Shown in pieces: positions 52,086-62,448 of a stretch of DNA of 64,000 nucleotides; the first letter of the stretch is position 1, and each line of letters opens with the position of its first letter. This DNA is from an uncultured cyanobacterium. Lineage in GTDB: Bacteria; Cyanobacteriota; Cyanobacteriia; Cyanobacteriales; CAWCAG01. The notes beneath the pieces are model-generated. The model had not been told where the DNA came from. It worked only from the letters and a program-made list of their open reading frames with translations, and ran no database searches. The position numbers were made by a program, and so were the translations under genes. The stretch covers positions 32,001 to 96,000 of the forward strand of contig CAWDOD010000002.1 of the NCBI GenBank assembly GCA_963803805.1. The letters are read 5' to 3'.

Positions 52086-52471
52086 GAGTTGATGAAAGTA
52101 TCCCTTGTTTGTTCTCGCTCTTGAGATTGGCGACGTTTTTCCTTATCCCCTTTTGCCTTACTTCCACTATCGTTGTTAATACGAATTTGGATTTTTGGGC
52201 CAGAACTAGCTAGACGGATAATTATCCCGTCTACCACAGGGGAACGCTCAATTTGTTTGCCATCAATGTAGGTTCCATTAGCACCCAGACTAACAACTTC
52301 CCAGTCTGAGTTATTACGTCTAATTTCAACATGATGCCGAGAAACTACAGCGCTGTAGAGAACAACATCATTGTCAGTTGAGCGACCGATACGAATAACA
52401 GATTCTGTATCGAAAGGCCAACTTTGAACCGGAACGGATTGAATAGGGTGCAGCAGTGTCAGAGTAATCAC
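52082..52471 (-). CDS. FHA domain protein
   Basis: IGRSTDND, VSRHH, GANGT. Confidence 0.9.
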   Translation of the reverse strand: MITLTLLHPIQSVPVQSWPFDTESVIRIGRSTDNDVVLYSAVVSRHHVEIRRNNSDWEVVSLGANGTYIDGKQIERSPVVDGIIIRLASSGPKIQIRINNDSGSKAKGDKEKRRQSQEREQTRDTFINS

Positions 52472-52798
52472 TCTTTGTATTATCTGTGAACGATTGTTGC
52501 TTTTGGGCCTGGAAAAATTGATTAACTCAACTATGGAGTTTCCAAACCTACATTCCTTATTGTGATGGAAAGCTGTTCAGTTGTGTAAGAATTTTATTTC
52601 TTTAACATTTTAAACAATATCCATCTCTAGGCAAATAATCAACTATTTACAAATTTTCTCACCAATTTAAAATTATGCAGCATCTTTTACTTCCTTGCCA
52701 TGATTTATACCCCCTCATCTTTCTCCTTATTTAATTGGAGATAATCTATAAGGGGGTAATTGGTGAAATGTAAAAAAGAAAAAGCTTTATTGAGAAAG

Positions 52799-52816
52799 AC
52801 CTATCTTAAGATAGGT
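52799..52816. terminator. perfect 18-bp palindrome right after psaK stop
   Basis: ACCTATCTTAAGATAGGT. Confidence 0.5.
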
Positions 52817-53092
52817 TTAAAGAGCGCCAGCATTAGTCAAGCCTAAAATCACACCTGCACCAATAATATGACCGAGACTTGTAGTTGCCAACAATTCAGG
52901 AATGCCAAAATTTGGCAAAAGCCCTGAAAGAACGGGAAAAGTTGGTCCTACGCCAGGCTTTTGAATCGCGAAGCGACCAATAGCAATAGCTAATAAATTG
53001 CAAATAATCATCACTAAGCCAATAACAGGACTCCACTCAGGGGTCGGGGGTACAGTAGATTGAACAGCAGCGATTAAAGTTTGAGTAATCAA
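52817..53092 (-). CDS. psaK: photosystem I subunit PsaK
   Basis: WSP..GLVMI.CN, LATTSLGHIIGAG.ILGL; TTG start with AGGAG RBS. Confidence 0.95.
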   Translation of the reverse strand: MITQTLIAAVQSTVPPTPEWSPVIGLVMIICNLLAIAIGRFAIQKPGVGPTFPVLSGLLPNFGIPELLATTSLGHIIGAGVILGLTNAGAL

Positions 53093-53248
53093 CTTTTAGT
53101 CTCCTCTCCTAATAATGTTTAAGAAAATTTTTGTAAACAAGAAAAATTATAGGAATCTCTTGGGAAAGAATCTTAATTTGTTTGAAGATTTAACATTTAT
53201 GCCAATTTTTACGACTCAAAATAGCCAAAAGAATAAAATATCTTTACA

Positions 53249-53875
53249 ATGCGTGTCAAAATTTGCGGTATCACCAATTCCTATCAAGGTCAAAAAATTG
53301 CTCAGTTAGGAGCGACAGCATTAGGATTTATTTGTGTTCCTACCTCTGCAAGATATCTAGAACCTGAGCAAATAAAAGCTATTGTTGCAAAACTCCCCCT
53401 CAAGGTAGACAAGATTGGTGTTTTTGCCAATTCTAATCTGGAAGAAATTGTCACCATAGTAGAAAAAGCTGGTTTAACAGGTGTCCAACTTCACGGCAGT
53501 GAATCTCCTGAATTTTGCCAACAGTTACGCCTACTCCTAGGGAAAAGAGAAATTATTAAAGCTTTGCGTATAAAAAATCCTGAGTGTTTGACTCAGGAGT
53601 TAGATTATCTTAATTGTGTTGATACTTTACTTTTGGATGCTTACCATCCCCAAATGTTGGGAGGAACAGGTAAAACCCTCAACTGGGAATATTTAAACAA
53701 ATTTCGCCCTAGTTTACCTTGGTTTCTTGCAGGAGGATTAAATCCTCATAATATTTTGACTGCTTTAGCACAAGTTCAACCAAAGGGTATTGACCTTTCC
53801 AGTGGCGTAGAGCGATCGCCAGGAGATAAAGATTTAGCAAAAGTCGCCGCTTTATTTAACAAGTTAAATGGGTAA
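53249..53875 (+). CDS. trpF: phosphoribosylanthranilate isomerase
   Basis: VKICGIT, VQLHG.E, GGTG, LAGGL, DLSSGVE. Confidence 0.95.
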   Translation: MRVKICGITNSYQGQKIAQLGATALGFICVPTSARYLEPEQIKAIVAKLPLKVDKIGVFANSNLEEIVTIVEKAGLTGVQLHGSESPEFCQQLRLLLGKREIIKALRIKNPECLTQELDYLNCVDTLLLDAYHPQMLGGTGKTLNWEYLNKFRPSLPWFLAGGLNPHNILTALAQVQPKGIDLSSGVERSPGDKDLAKVAALFNKLNG

Positions 53876-53878
53876 ATT

Positions 53879-54610
53879 TTAGAAAAAGTTTGGTTGATGG
53901 CGAATTAAGTTAAGAAACTCTTCGCGGGTTTTGAGGTCTTCTTGAAAAGTGCCAACCATAGCACTGGTCACAGTCCAAGAACCTGGTTTTTGTACTCCGC
54001 GCATGGCCATACACATATGAGTTGCTTCCATGACTACAGCAACCCCTTGAGGCTCTAAAACTTCCTGAATAGCTTCAGCAATTTGGCGAGTCAGGCGTTC
54101 TTGTACCTGTAGTCTTCTAGCGTACATTTCCACAATACGAGCTAGCTTACTCAAACCTACTACTTTTTGATTTGGTATATAGGCAACGTGGGCCCTGCCC
54201 ATAAAAGGCAGCATATGATGCTCACAGAGACTAAAAAAGTTTATGTCTCGTACTAACACCATTTCGTTGTGGCCTTCATCAAAAATAGCGCCATTAACTA
54301 TTTTTTCTAAGGATTGGTTATAACCTTGAGTTAAGAACTGCATAGCCTCAGCAACTCTTTTCGGAGTTTTCAGGAGTCCTTCCCGTTCTGGATCTTCACC
54401 TACACTTTGTAGCATGGTTTTTACAGCGTCCATCATTGCGGCTTTGCTTGGTTCAGATTCAGCCTCAATATAAGCTTCACCACTGCTGTGGCTACTGCGG
54501 TCGGGTCTAGTAGCAACGCGACCTCCTTTAGTAGAGTTTAGATTATTTTTGCCTTCGAGCTTTGAGCCAGAATGAAGTCCGTTGGAACCGTTGGAAGAAG
54601 CTATTGTCAT
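53879..54610 (-). CDS. folE: GTP cyclohydrolase I
   Basis: [39 protein letters not shown]. Start placed at MTIASS. Confidence 0.95.
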   Translation of the reverse strand: MTIASSNGSNGLHSGSKLEGKNNLNSTKGGRVATRPDRSSHSSGEAYIEAESEPSKAAMMDAVKTMLQSVGEDPEREGLLKTPKRVAEAMQFLTQGYNQSLEKIVNGAIFDEGHNEMVLVRDINFFSLCEHHMLPFMGRAHVAYIPNQKVVGLSKLARIVEMYARRLQVQERLTRQIAEAIQEVLEPQGVAVVMEATHMCMAMRGVQKPGSWTVTSAMVGTFQEDLKTREEFLNLIRHQPNFF

Positions 54611-55044
54611 GATTGATGAATGAAGTGAATTTATTACCTCTTGATTTTGGTGTTTGGAGCCATACTGTCCTTGAAAATCAAGCTCAGTATTGAGACTGCA
54701 CACCAAACTCCCTCCCCTATAACCATTTGTTTAAATAGAGGAGTAGTTGAATAACAGCTTTAAGAATCTAAAAGTGCTAAGCGAGATAATTCGCTGGCAA
54801 CTTTTTATATCTTTGGTTTTGAAGTAGTAGATGCTGCTGACTCAACTTTTCTACTGTTGAGCCAGACAATCAGGAAAACTATGCTCCTTGGGCTATGCTT
54901 TTCCAGCAGTTGTGAAAGCAAAAAAATTCGCTATCGGAAGAACACCAGCAAGATTGATTGCCAAATCACCCTTTTATGAGAGCAATGTTATAAAAGTTTA
55001 CGTTGTTATTATATCACTTCGATCATAACTAAATAGAGGGATTT

Positions 55045-56025
55045 TTAGGCAGATAGTTCATCAAAAACACCAATATTGCGGAATTTCTGGTAGCGCAATT
55101 CTTTTCTTTGTTGAGGGGGTATAACCTCTAGTTCTTCCAGGGTTTCTTTAAGGGCCTCTGCTAAAATCATAGCAGCCCCTAAAGGATCGGCATGGCAACC
55201 CTTAACTGGTTCGGGAAGGAGGCGATCAATAATACCTAGCTGTTTCAAATCCCAGGAAGTAATTTTCAAAGCAGCAGCAGCTTGGTCTGATTTAGCCGCA
55301 TCTCGCCACAAAATTGCAGCACAAGCTTCGGGAGGAGCAACGCTATAAACAGCGTGTTCAAACATTAAGATGCGATCACCGACACCAATACCTAAAGCTC
55401 CTCCTGAACCTCCTTCCCCAATAACGGTGGAAATAATCGGCACATCAAAACTAAACATCTGGCGCAGATTATAGGCGATCGCTTCTCCTTGGCCTAGTTT
55501 TTCTGCTTCTACCCCTGCCCAAGCTGCGGGGGTATCAATTAAGGTGATAATAGGCATACCGAAGCGATTGGCGTGTTCCATCAAGCGCATAGCTTTACGA
55601 TAGCCTCCAGGGGAAGCCATGCCAAAGTTACGGGCTACATTATCTTTGGTATCCCGACCTTTTTGGTGTCCTAACATCACCACAGGTTTACCATCTAAAC
55701 GGGCAATGCCGCCCACAATTGCTGGATCATCGCTACCACCGCGATCGCCGTGGAGTTCAAACCATTCTTCGCTCATGGCTTGAATAAAATCTAAAGTGCT
55801 GGGTCTTCTGGGGTGGCGTGCTAGTTGAAGACGCTGAGTGGGAGTTAAAGTGCTATAAATCTCCTTACGCAGTTGTACGGCTTTAGCTTCCAACTGAGTT
55901 ATTTTCTCAGCCACATCAACGTTGTTTTCTGTAGCTAGGGCGCGAATTTGCTCAATACGCCCTTCTAATTCACAAAGAGGTTTTTCAAAATCAAGGAGAA
56001 AGGGGCGGCGTTCGGGAGTGGACAT
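55045..56025 (-). CDS. accA: acetyl-CoA carboxylase carboxyltransferase alpha
   Basis: [29 protein letters not shown]. Confidence 0.97.
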   Translation of the reverse strand: MSTPERRPFLLDFEKPLCELEGRIEQIRALATENNVDVAEKITQLEAKAVQLRKEIYSTLTPTQRLQLARHPRRPSTLDFIQAMSEEWFELHGDRGGSDDPAIVGGIARLDGKPVVMLGHQKGRDTKDNVARNFGMASPGGYRKAMRLMEHANRFGMPIITLIDTPAAWAGVEAEKLGQGEAIAYNLRQMFSFDVPIISTVIGEGGSGGALGIGVGDRILMFEHAVYSVAPPEACAAILWRDAAKSDQAAAALKITSWDLKQLGIIDRLLPEPVKGCHADPLGAAMILAEALKETLEELEVIPPQQRKELRYQKFRNIGVFDELSA

Positions 56026-56081
56026 CAGCTATCAGTTATCAATAATCAGTTATCAGTTATTAATTTAGGGCTTATCTGCAC

Positions 56082-57113
56082 TTATTGGGAGGCAAACTCT
56101 AGCAGAGGTTGAAAACCGTGCTTTACTGATACTTGACCGATTTTTGCCATTTTTGAGGCATTAATTTGATTTCTGCCCCAAGAGAAGTTGGTATGCCACT
56201 TTTCAAATTCTAGAAGCATGGATTCTGCAAAACAGGCGAACATTTGACGACTGGGAACATCCATACTGACAATTTCCATGATTTTCCAATCAATATCCAG
56301 TGAATGTTCGACAATACCTCCATTCAGTACATGAATATCTGGATGTTGAATTTTAGTTCCTAGATTTTTAGGATAGCCGCCGTCAATGATTAAACAAGGC
56401 TTTTTTAAAGTTTCGGCGGAAATTTCCACCCCTTGGGGCATACTTGCTACCCAAACGATTATATCTGCTAAAGGTAAGGCTTCTTCTAGTCCGAGAATTT
56501 TGCCCCTACCTAATTCATTTTGCAGGGCTTTTAAAGGTTCCTGTTTACGGGCAATGAGTAGTAAATCTTCTACGTCAGTACAGCTATTTAACCAGCGACA
56601 GACACCGCTACCGATATCCCCTGTTGCCCCGCAAACAGCTACGGTTGCTTTGGCAAGGTCAATACCTAATTTAGCGCTAGCTTGCTCAACTTGGCGACAG
56701 ATAATGTAGGCTGTGTGGGTATTACCAGTAGTAAAGCGCTCAAACTCTAACTCGACATTTCGCACCTGTTTATTTTGTTTGAGGTTGAAATTCTCAAAAA
56801 CAATTGAAGAAAAGCCCCCTAAAGCTGTGATATCTAAACCGTTTTTCTGGGCATGGGCCATGGAATTAAGGATTTTACGAATGGCGGCTTTGATGCGGCG
56901 ATTAGTAAGCATTTCTGGCAAGAAACAGGATTCTACATACCTGCCTTCAATTTGCTGCCCAGTAATGCTAGTGACTTTGATGTCGTCAACAATTTGGGGC
57001 GGTGCTGAACACCAAAAATCTAGCCCTTGATTAGCATATTCTGGATATCCTAATCTTTCTGCTACTGCTTGTGCGTGTTCTAAACTGGTAAGGTGACCGA
57101 TAAGACCAAACAT
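56082..57113 (-). CDS. aar: long-chain acyl-ACP reductase
   Basis: [36 protein letters not shown]. Confidence 0.97.
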   Translation of the reverse strand: MFGLIGHLTSLEHAQAVAERLGYPEYANQGLDFWCSAPPQIVDDIKVTSITGQQIEGRYVESCFLPEMLTNRRIKAAIRKILNSMAHAQKNGLDITALGGFSSIVFENFNLKQNKQVRNVELEFERFTTGNTHTAYIICRQVEQASAKLGIDLAKATVAVCGATGDIGSGVCRWLNSCTDVEDLLLIARKQEPLKALQNELGRGKILGLEEALPLADIIVWVASMPQGVEISAETLKKPCLIIDGGYPKNLGTKIQHPDIHVLNGGIVEHSLDIDWKIMEIVSMDVPSRQMFACFAESMLLEFEKWHTNFSWGRNQINASKMAKIGQVSVKHGFQPLLEFASQ

Positions 57114-57405
57114 TTATTGCTCGTTTTTAAATTTTGAATTGAATTTGAAATAGAGTTTTGTTAAACGGATAATTTGACAAAAAAGCGCCACTCTTAAAAG
57201 AGCAGCTAAAGAAACAATCTGAATACTTGCAAACAATTGAGGTCTGGTAGAGCATTAAGACAAAGCTGCTGCTACAGAACTTTCTAGAGAGCAGCAGCTA
57301 TTTGGTATCACTCCGACAGTAATAATTCTCCAAAGAAATATAATTGTCTGGAGTCCAGCAATTTTCACCAATTCGTCTTTGCTAGACAAGATAATTAAAT
57401 TGCCT

Positions 57406-58104
57406 CTAAGCTGCACCAGCTAAACCATAAGCTGACATACCCATGATTTCTCCGGTGGTGAAACCAATGTTGCTCAGGGCTTCCCCATAGCTAATCATGA
57501 AGTCTTCTACTAAAGCTTCTTTTTCCATACCTAAGATGTGAGCATCTTTCTCCACTTGGTTAAGCATTTTCCACACCAAAGGAAGATTTTGGCGATTTGC
57601 TGCTTGTAATTCGGCTTTTGCTTCGGCAAAATGCGCTTTTAACCAAACTTCGCCGAAGTTAAGATGGGTATATTCATCTTTGACCACTCCTTCAGTAATT
57701 TTTCGAGCAAAGGGGTCAGCTACGGGAATATAAATGTTGTAAGCAGCGATCGCAAAGCTTTCAATAATTAAAGCTTGAATGAGCAAGCAAGTAACTATTT
57801 TTCCTTCTGCCAGTGCAGTTTGGAAGTTGCCGTGTAGCCCGGAAAAGTATTCTTTGGCAAATTCCATATCTGGTGTCACATTCAGATTCTTACCGCAAGC
57901 TTGGAATCCTTTTTTGTGACGATTTTCCATTTTAGAAAGACGAATCAACTCATCCTGATTGTCTGGCATAACCTGGGAAAGCTGGAGGTAATTTCCGTAT
58001 GCCTCTTCTTCTCCTTCAATCACAATGGCATTAATGCGGCTATAGGCATCTTTGTAAGCTTCACTTTTAAAATCAAATTCTGCCTTAACTGCCAGTTCTT
58101 GCAT
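57406..58104 (-). CDS. ado: aldehyde-deformylating oxygenase
   Basis: [25 protein letters not shown] di-iron motifs. Confidence 0.97.
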   Translation of the reverse strand: MQELAVKAEFDFKSEAYKDAYSRINAIVIEGEEEAYGNYLQLSQVMPDNQDELIRLSKMENRHKKGFQACGKNLNVTPDMEFAKEYFSGLHGNFQTALAEGKIVTCLLIQALIIESFAIAAYNIYIPVADPFARKITEGVVKDEYTHLNFGEVWLKAHFAEAKAELQAANRQNLPLVWKMLNQVEKDAHILGMEKEALVEDFMISYGEALSNIGFTTGEIMGMSAYGLAGAA

Positions 58105-58170
58105 GGGTTGTTTGTCTCCTGTCTTTTGACCACAACCCTATGTTATCTGTTGCTTCCAATTAAGGCTATT

Positions 58171-58743
58171 TCATTCTAATTTTGCTTCTTTTTGCTTGCT
58201 AATCACATCTAAGGCGAAACCTACACCTTGGGAAGCTAAGGTTTTGACAACTTCTGGTAAATCCCTGAATTCGTAGGGTCTAGAATCATGAGGTTCTTGC
58301 TCTAAGATTAAACCCCTTTTGCGCAAATATGCTCTGACTATGGTTACTGCTTGGTCAGTTTGCAGTTTGCCATCATCATTAATAATTTCTTCTGCCAAAG
58401 GACAAATACTAAAAAATCTGGCTAAACATTGGGAATAGGTTTTCGGATCAAGGCGCATCAAGACGCGACGAATGGTGCTGTAGGAAGGCAATGTCTCTTT
58501 GTCTAAACCTAATAATTCGATTAAGTCGCTGCTGTAAATATCTATCCAGTCCCCAACAGCTAAAACTCCTCGATTCCCAGCAGCGATCGCCAGGGTAAAC
58601 AAAGCAAGACAAAGAGATTGACTGTGGCGCTGTCCAGCTTTCCGGCGGGAGTCAGGTAGGTTGGAAAATGCTTCAATAATTGCTGCCTGGTTCATCAGAA
58701 TTTCCCTACAAGATTCGACATACATAGAATTTACTTCTACCAT
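58171..58743 (-). mobile_element. truncated ISAs1/H-repeat-type transposase-derived ORF
   Basis: F..LPD.RR..G.RH, PSYSTIRRVL, DGK, then GVGFALD and an early stop; 190 aa. Confidence 0.75.
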
Positions 58744-58934
58744 TTGATCGCTTTTGCCCTTTGGTTTAGATAAGCAACTAGTTCTCTTCTTTCAAGAACT
58801 TGATTATGGGGCTTTTGAGTTGATTTAGCTATGGTTTTGTGGTGGATGAAAATAGCTCATTAACTAAGCTTTGCTAATAAATTTAAAGTCTAATTGCCTC
58901 AGATAATGATCTTTGTTATTTGTTATCAGTTTCT

Positions 58935-59507
58935 CTAATCAGGAAGAGCAAACCCTGTACGAGGATCGCGAATATATAAACCGAGAACTAAAGAGTTTAT
59001 TACTGTATCCCAGACAGGAATTAGCTTCTTGGCTTCGTCAGCCCAGTAGTCAAAGGTGATCAAACACTGAACTCCAGAGCCTAAGCCAATGCAGATTCGT
59101 GAGTAGGCTTCACGATCTTCTTGAGGATCAATAAATTTAATTTGAGTCCAGACAACACGGGCTGTTTGGCGCTTTAGTTGAACAATTTTTCCTCGTTCAA
59201 TAACATTTCGTTCTTCATCCTTAATAACTTTTCTTAACAGAGGAACTAAGGGAAATTCCTGCCAGTTACCGGGAGGCAAAAGGTTGAAAGAAGCTTCTAA
59301 ACGACAGTTATCATCAGGGGGCTTACCATCCAAAAATCGAAATGATTTTTCATCAGGTTCAAAATGCCAATCGTGGGGAACATCGAAGCGTAATGCTCCC
59401 CTTCCCGCCACAAAAATTCGATTTCCTGGTTGTGATTGCCAGCGATGGTTTTCTTCTAATTCCAGGGTTTCTTTAATCCACCGACTTTTTTTCTTACGTT
59501 TAGACAC
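58935..59507 (-). CDS. conserved hypothetical protein
   Basis: 190-aa open frame with a basic N-terminus and GTG start; no function recognised. Confidence 0.7.
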   Translation of the reverse strand: MSKRKKKSRWIKETLELEENHRWQSQPGNRIFVAGRGALRFDVPHDWHFEPDEKSFRFLDGKPPDDNCRLEASFNLLPPGNWQEFPLVPLLRKVIKDEERNVIERGKIVQLKRQTARVVWTQIKFIDPQEDREAYSRICIGLGSGVQCLITFDYWADEAKKLIPVWDTVINSLVLGLYIRDPRTGFALPD

Positions 59508-59685
59508 GGCTGTCCTAATTTTGACCTACTTTCATTTATTTTAAGGCTTACTCAGGAAAAAACAGGAATATAGATAATACGGAGGCGATAATTTTTTTTA
59601 GTTTCATTGACTAAGTTGAGTTTTGCTAGTTAACCAAGTTAAACTCTGTACTTAGTAAATAAGCGTTAGGCATCAAGCTCAATTG

Positions 59686-59862
59686 ATGAAAAAGTCCCAC
59701 TTCAATATTGATAAAGTTCAAGAACCGATTACTCAAGCACCTCCTAAGATTAGAAACTTAATTGAGGGAGTTTTAGCTTTAGAAAAAGAGCGGCTCCACC
59801 AAAAAGCACCGCGCAATATTAATGAAGAGGTTCTGAAAATAATTAAAGACATTGTGCAATGA
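59686..59862 (+). CDS. 58-aa small protein coupled to the ATPase (not in ORF track)
   Basis: MKKSHFNIDKVQEPITQAPPKIRNLIEGVLALEKERLHQKAPRNINEEVLKIIKDIVQ; its stop overlaps the ATPase start (ATGA). Confidence 0.75.
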   Translation: MKKSHFNIDKVQEPITQAPPKIRNLIEGVLALEKERLHQKAPRNINEEVLKIIKDIVQ

Positions 59863-61922
59863 TACTAACATCAATTAGGTTGTGTAATTTTCGCCAATTC
59901 TATGGCAAAACTCCAGAAATACAACTTTCTGTGGGTAAGCATAACACTAGTGTCTTTCACGGTAATAATGGCTCAGGCAAGACTACTTTACTTAATGCTT
60001 TTACTTGGGCTTTATATGAACAATTTACTGCTGCTTTTGCTTCTCCGCAACAGTTAGTTAATAAAAGAGCAATTACTGAAACTGAATTTGGTCGTTCTGT
60101 AGATTGTTGGGTAGAAGTAATGTTTGAACATGAACATAAGCGCTATCAAGTGAAACGCCAATGTTATGCCCATAATACTGGAGAAAGAATCAATTACAGC
60201 CCTACAAAATGTTTTATGCAAATAGCTGGGGATGATGGGCGTTGGTATCCGCCCTTAGAGCAGCCAGAAGATGTTATTGGGAGAATTTTGCCAGTAAGTT
60301 TACATCGCTATTTTTTCTTTGATGGAGAACGCATTGATCGCTTCTTTCGTCAGGATGGTAAAAGTAGTGTTGCAGAGGACACGAAGGAGTTGATTGGGGT
60401 TAAGGTATTAGATCGGGCTATTGAGCATTTAAAAAAAGCAAAACGCAAACTACAAGAAGAGTTACAATCTGTTGGCAATTTAGAAATAAAGCAGCTTTTA
60501 CAAGCAAAAAGTAAGTTAGAAAACCAAAGTGATGACCTCGAACTTAGGCAAAGAGAAATAGATGCTCAATTAGCTCAGCAAGAAAAGTTTAAACGAACCA
60601 TTGGTAAGCAGCTTTTGGCATTAAGTGGTGCAGTGGAATTGCAGAACCAGCGAGAACAATTAGAGGAAAGAGAAAAGTCTTTGCGTAATCTTTTAGTAGA
60701 GGAGCAAGAAACTTTGAAAAAAATCTTTTCTACTAATGGTTATACTGTTTTATTAGACCAACTATTAATTCAATCACGCTCTATAGTTGGCGAAATGCGA
60801 CTCAACGGAGAGTTGCCTACAGGGATTAAAAAACAATTTGTCGAGGAATTATTAAAGCAAAACCGTTGTATTTGTGGTGGGGAACTTTTAAAAGGAAGTG
60901 AGACTCGTAGAGCAGTAAAAGCTTGGCTGGATAAAGCGGGGGTTGCTGATCTAGAAGAAGCCGCTATTCGCTTAGAAACCCAAGCAGGAGAAATGGAACA
61001 GAAAATTCCACGGTTTTGGCAAGAAGTTGATTCACAGCAATCTAATATTGAGCAAGCTAGGGCAGAATTAGGAGATATTGATGAGCAATTGTACGCTATT
61101 GGTAAAAAATTAAGAAGTTATCCTGATCAAGATATTCAAAAGTTGCAAAACCATTTGGAAGTAACAGAAAAGCTCATTGAACAACTAACTTTAGAAAAAG
61201 GAGGTAATCAACAAATATTAGTTAGCTTAAATAAAGAAAATGAAGTCAAGCAAAAGCAAATAGCCAAGCAAAAACTTAAAGAAGCAAAGCAAGTTATCGC
61301 TCAACGTAGAATTACAGCTACTCAAGAAGCAATAGAAAGGATTGTGGCAGTTAAAAAGCTCTTAGAAAAGCAATTTCGTCGTTCTTTAGAACAAAGAGTT
61401 CAAGAAATTTTTGATTCCATTTCTTTTACCCCTTACACACCTAGATTGAGCGCTGATTATGAATTGTCCTTAATAGAAAACACCTCTGGCAAAGCAATTC
61501 GAGTTGCTGCTTCTACAGGAGAAAATCAGATTCTTAGTCTTTCTTTTATTGGCGGCATTATTGATAGAGTCCGGGAATGGAGTTATCAAAATACTCTTAT
61601 GGGACCAGATAGTAGTACCTTTCCTATTGTCATGGATTCACCTTTTGGTAGTTTGGATCAAATTTACCGTCGCCAAGTAGCCACTTCTATTCCTAAACTA
61701 GCTAATCAACTCATAGTTTTGGTAACTAAAACTCAATGGCGAGGAGAAGTAGCAGAGGAAATGGAGAATTATATTGGCCAAGAATATGTCTTAGTTTATA
61801 ACTCCCCAAAATTAGATTGCCAAGAAGATCAAATAGAAATTGTTGGACAAACTTATCCTCTGGTAAAACGTAGTAACAATGGCTTTGAGTATACAGAAAT
61901 TATTCCCGTAGAACGGAATTAG
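59859..61922 (+). CDS. DndD/SbcC-like coiled-coil ABC ATPase with CxC hook
   Basis: NFRQF, Walker A GNNGSGKTT, FFFDGE, central CICG, signature STGENQ, Walker B/D-loop IVMDSPFGSLD. Confidence 0.88.
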   Translation: MILTSIRLCNFRQFYGKTPEIQLSVGKHNTSVFHGNNGSGKTTLLNAFTWALYEQFTAAFASPQQLVNKRAITETEFGRSVDCWVEVMFEHEHKRYQVKRQCYAHNTGERINYSPTKCFMQIAGDDGRWYPPLEQPEDVIGRILPVSLHRYFFFDGERIDRFFRQDGKSSVAEDTKELIGVKVLDRAIEHLKKAKRKLQEELQSVGNLEIKQLLQAKSKLENQSDDLELRQREIDAQLAQQEKFKRTIGKQLLALSGAVELQNQREQLEEREKSLRNLLVEEQETLKKIFSTNGYTVLLDQLLIQSRSIVGEMRLNGELPTGIKKQFVEELLKQNRCICGGELLKGSETRRAVKAWLDKAGVADLEEAAIRLETQAGEMEQKIPRFWQEVDSQQSNIEQARAELGDIDEQLYAIGKKLRSYPDQDIQKLQNHLEVTEKLIEQLTLEKGGNQQILVSLNKENEVKQKQIAKQKLKEAKQVIAQRRITATQEAIERIVAVKKLLEKQFRRSLEQRVQEIFDSISFTPYTPRLSADYELSLIENTSGKAIRVAASTGENQILSLSFIGGIIDRVREWSYQNTLMGPDSSTFPIVMDSPFGSLDQIYRRQVATSIPKLANQLIVLVTKTQWRGEVAEEMENYIGQEYVLVYNSPKLDCQEDQIEIVGQTYPLVKRSNNGFEYTEIIPVERN

Positions 61923-62202
61923 TTACTTCTCTAGAGCGATAATTATTACTTCTTCTGCTAGGACGTTCCCTAGCTTTGTTAACTCTTAATTCTCGGTTTA
62001 TCCATTCAGCACCATCTAATGCTTCTATAGCTGCTGATTCTTCTTCTTCTGAAGCAGAATCAACAAAACCAAAACCTCGCATACGGCCAGTTTCTCGGTC
62101 AGTTGGGATTGCGACTCGCTTCACGCTGCCGTAATCAGAAAAGATATATTTAACATCTTCTTCTGTTACGCTGTAGGGTAAGTTACCGATGTAAATTGAC
62201 AT
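61900..62202 (-). CDS. RRM RNA-binding protein (cyanobacterial Rbp family)
   Basis: MSIYIGNL (RNP2), RGFGFV (RNP1), ALDGAEW..R.LRVNKA. Confidence 0.93.
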   Translation of the reverse strand: MSIYIGNLPYSVTEEDVKYIFSDYGSVKRVAIPTDRETGRMRGFGFVDSASEEEESAAIEALDGAEWINRELRVNKARERPSRRSNNYRSREVTNSVLRE

Positions 62203-62448
62203 GAATTCTTTACAAGCAATCGAGCGAAAGGGACAAAGATTATTTCTCAGTTAGGAGTTTGAAGTATTAATTTAATTACTAATACTTGTAATTGCCTAAT
62301 CTTTATGTAATTTAACACGAATATAAATTCCAGGAAACTACTTAGTAAGAAGTCAAGCCATTGTGCTGAATTTTTACGACAAATGTAGTAAGTAGTATGT
62401 AATCTATCTTACTAAAATGAACTAATTTTTTTGAGCCATATAGTATTA

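Larger units (their letters stand above)
4100..58590. repeat. dispersed HIP1 octamer GCGATCGC
   Basis: At least 30 copies seen by eye, e.g. 4100, 5018, 7723, 14164. Confidence 0.9.

Noticed and set aside
3162..59544. Numerous 60-130 aa antisense or out-of-frame ORFs inside annotated genes
   Set aside because: Overlapped by well-supported genes and without recognisable motifs.
62399..62412. GTA-N8-TAC (NtcA-like) site
   Set aside because: No TAN3T box at the canonical 22-23 nt spacing on either strand; expected by chance in AT-rich DNA.
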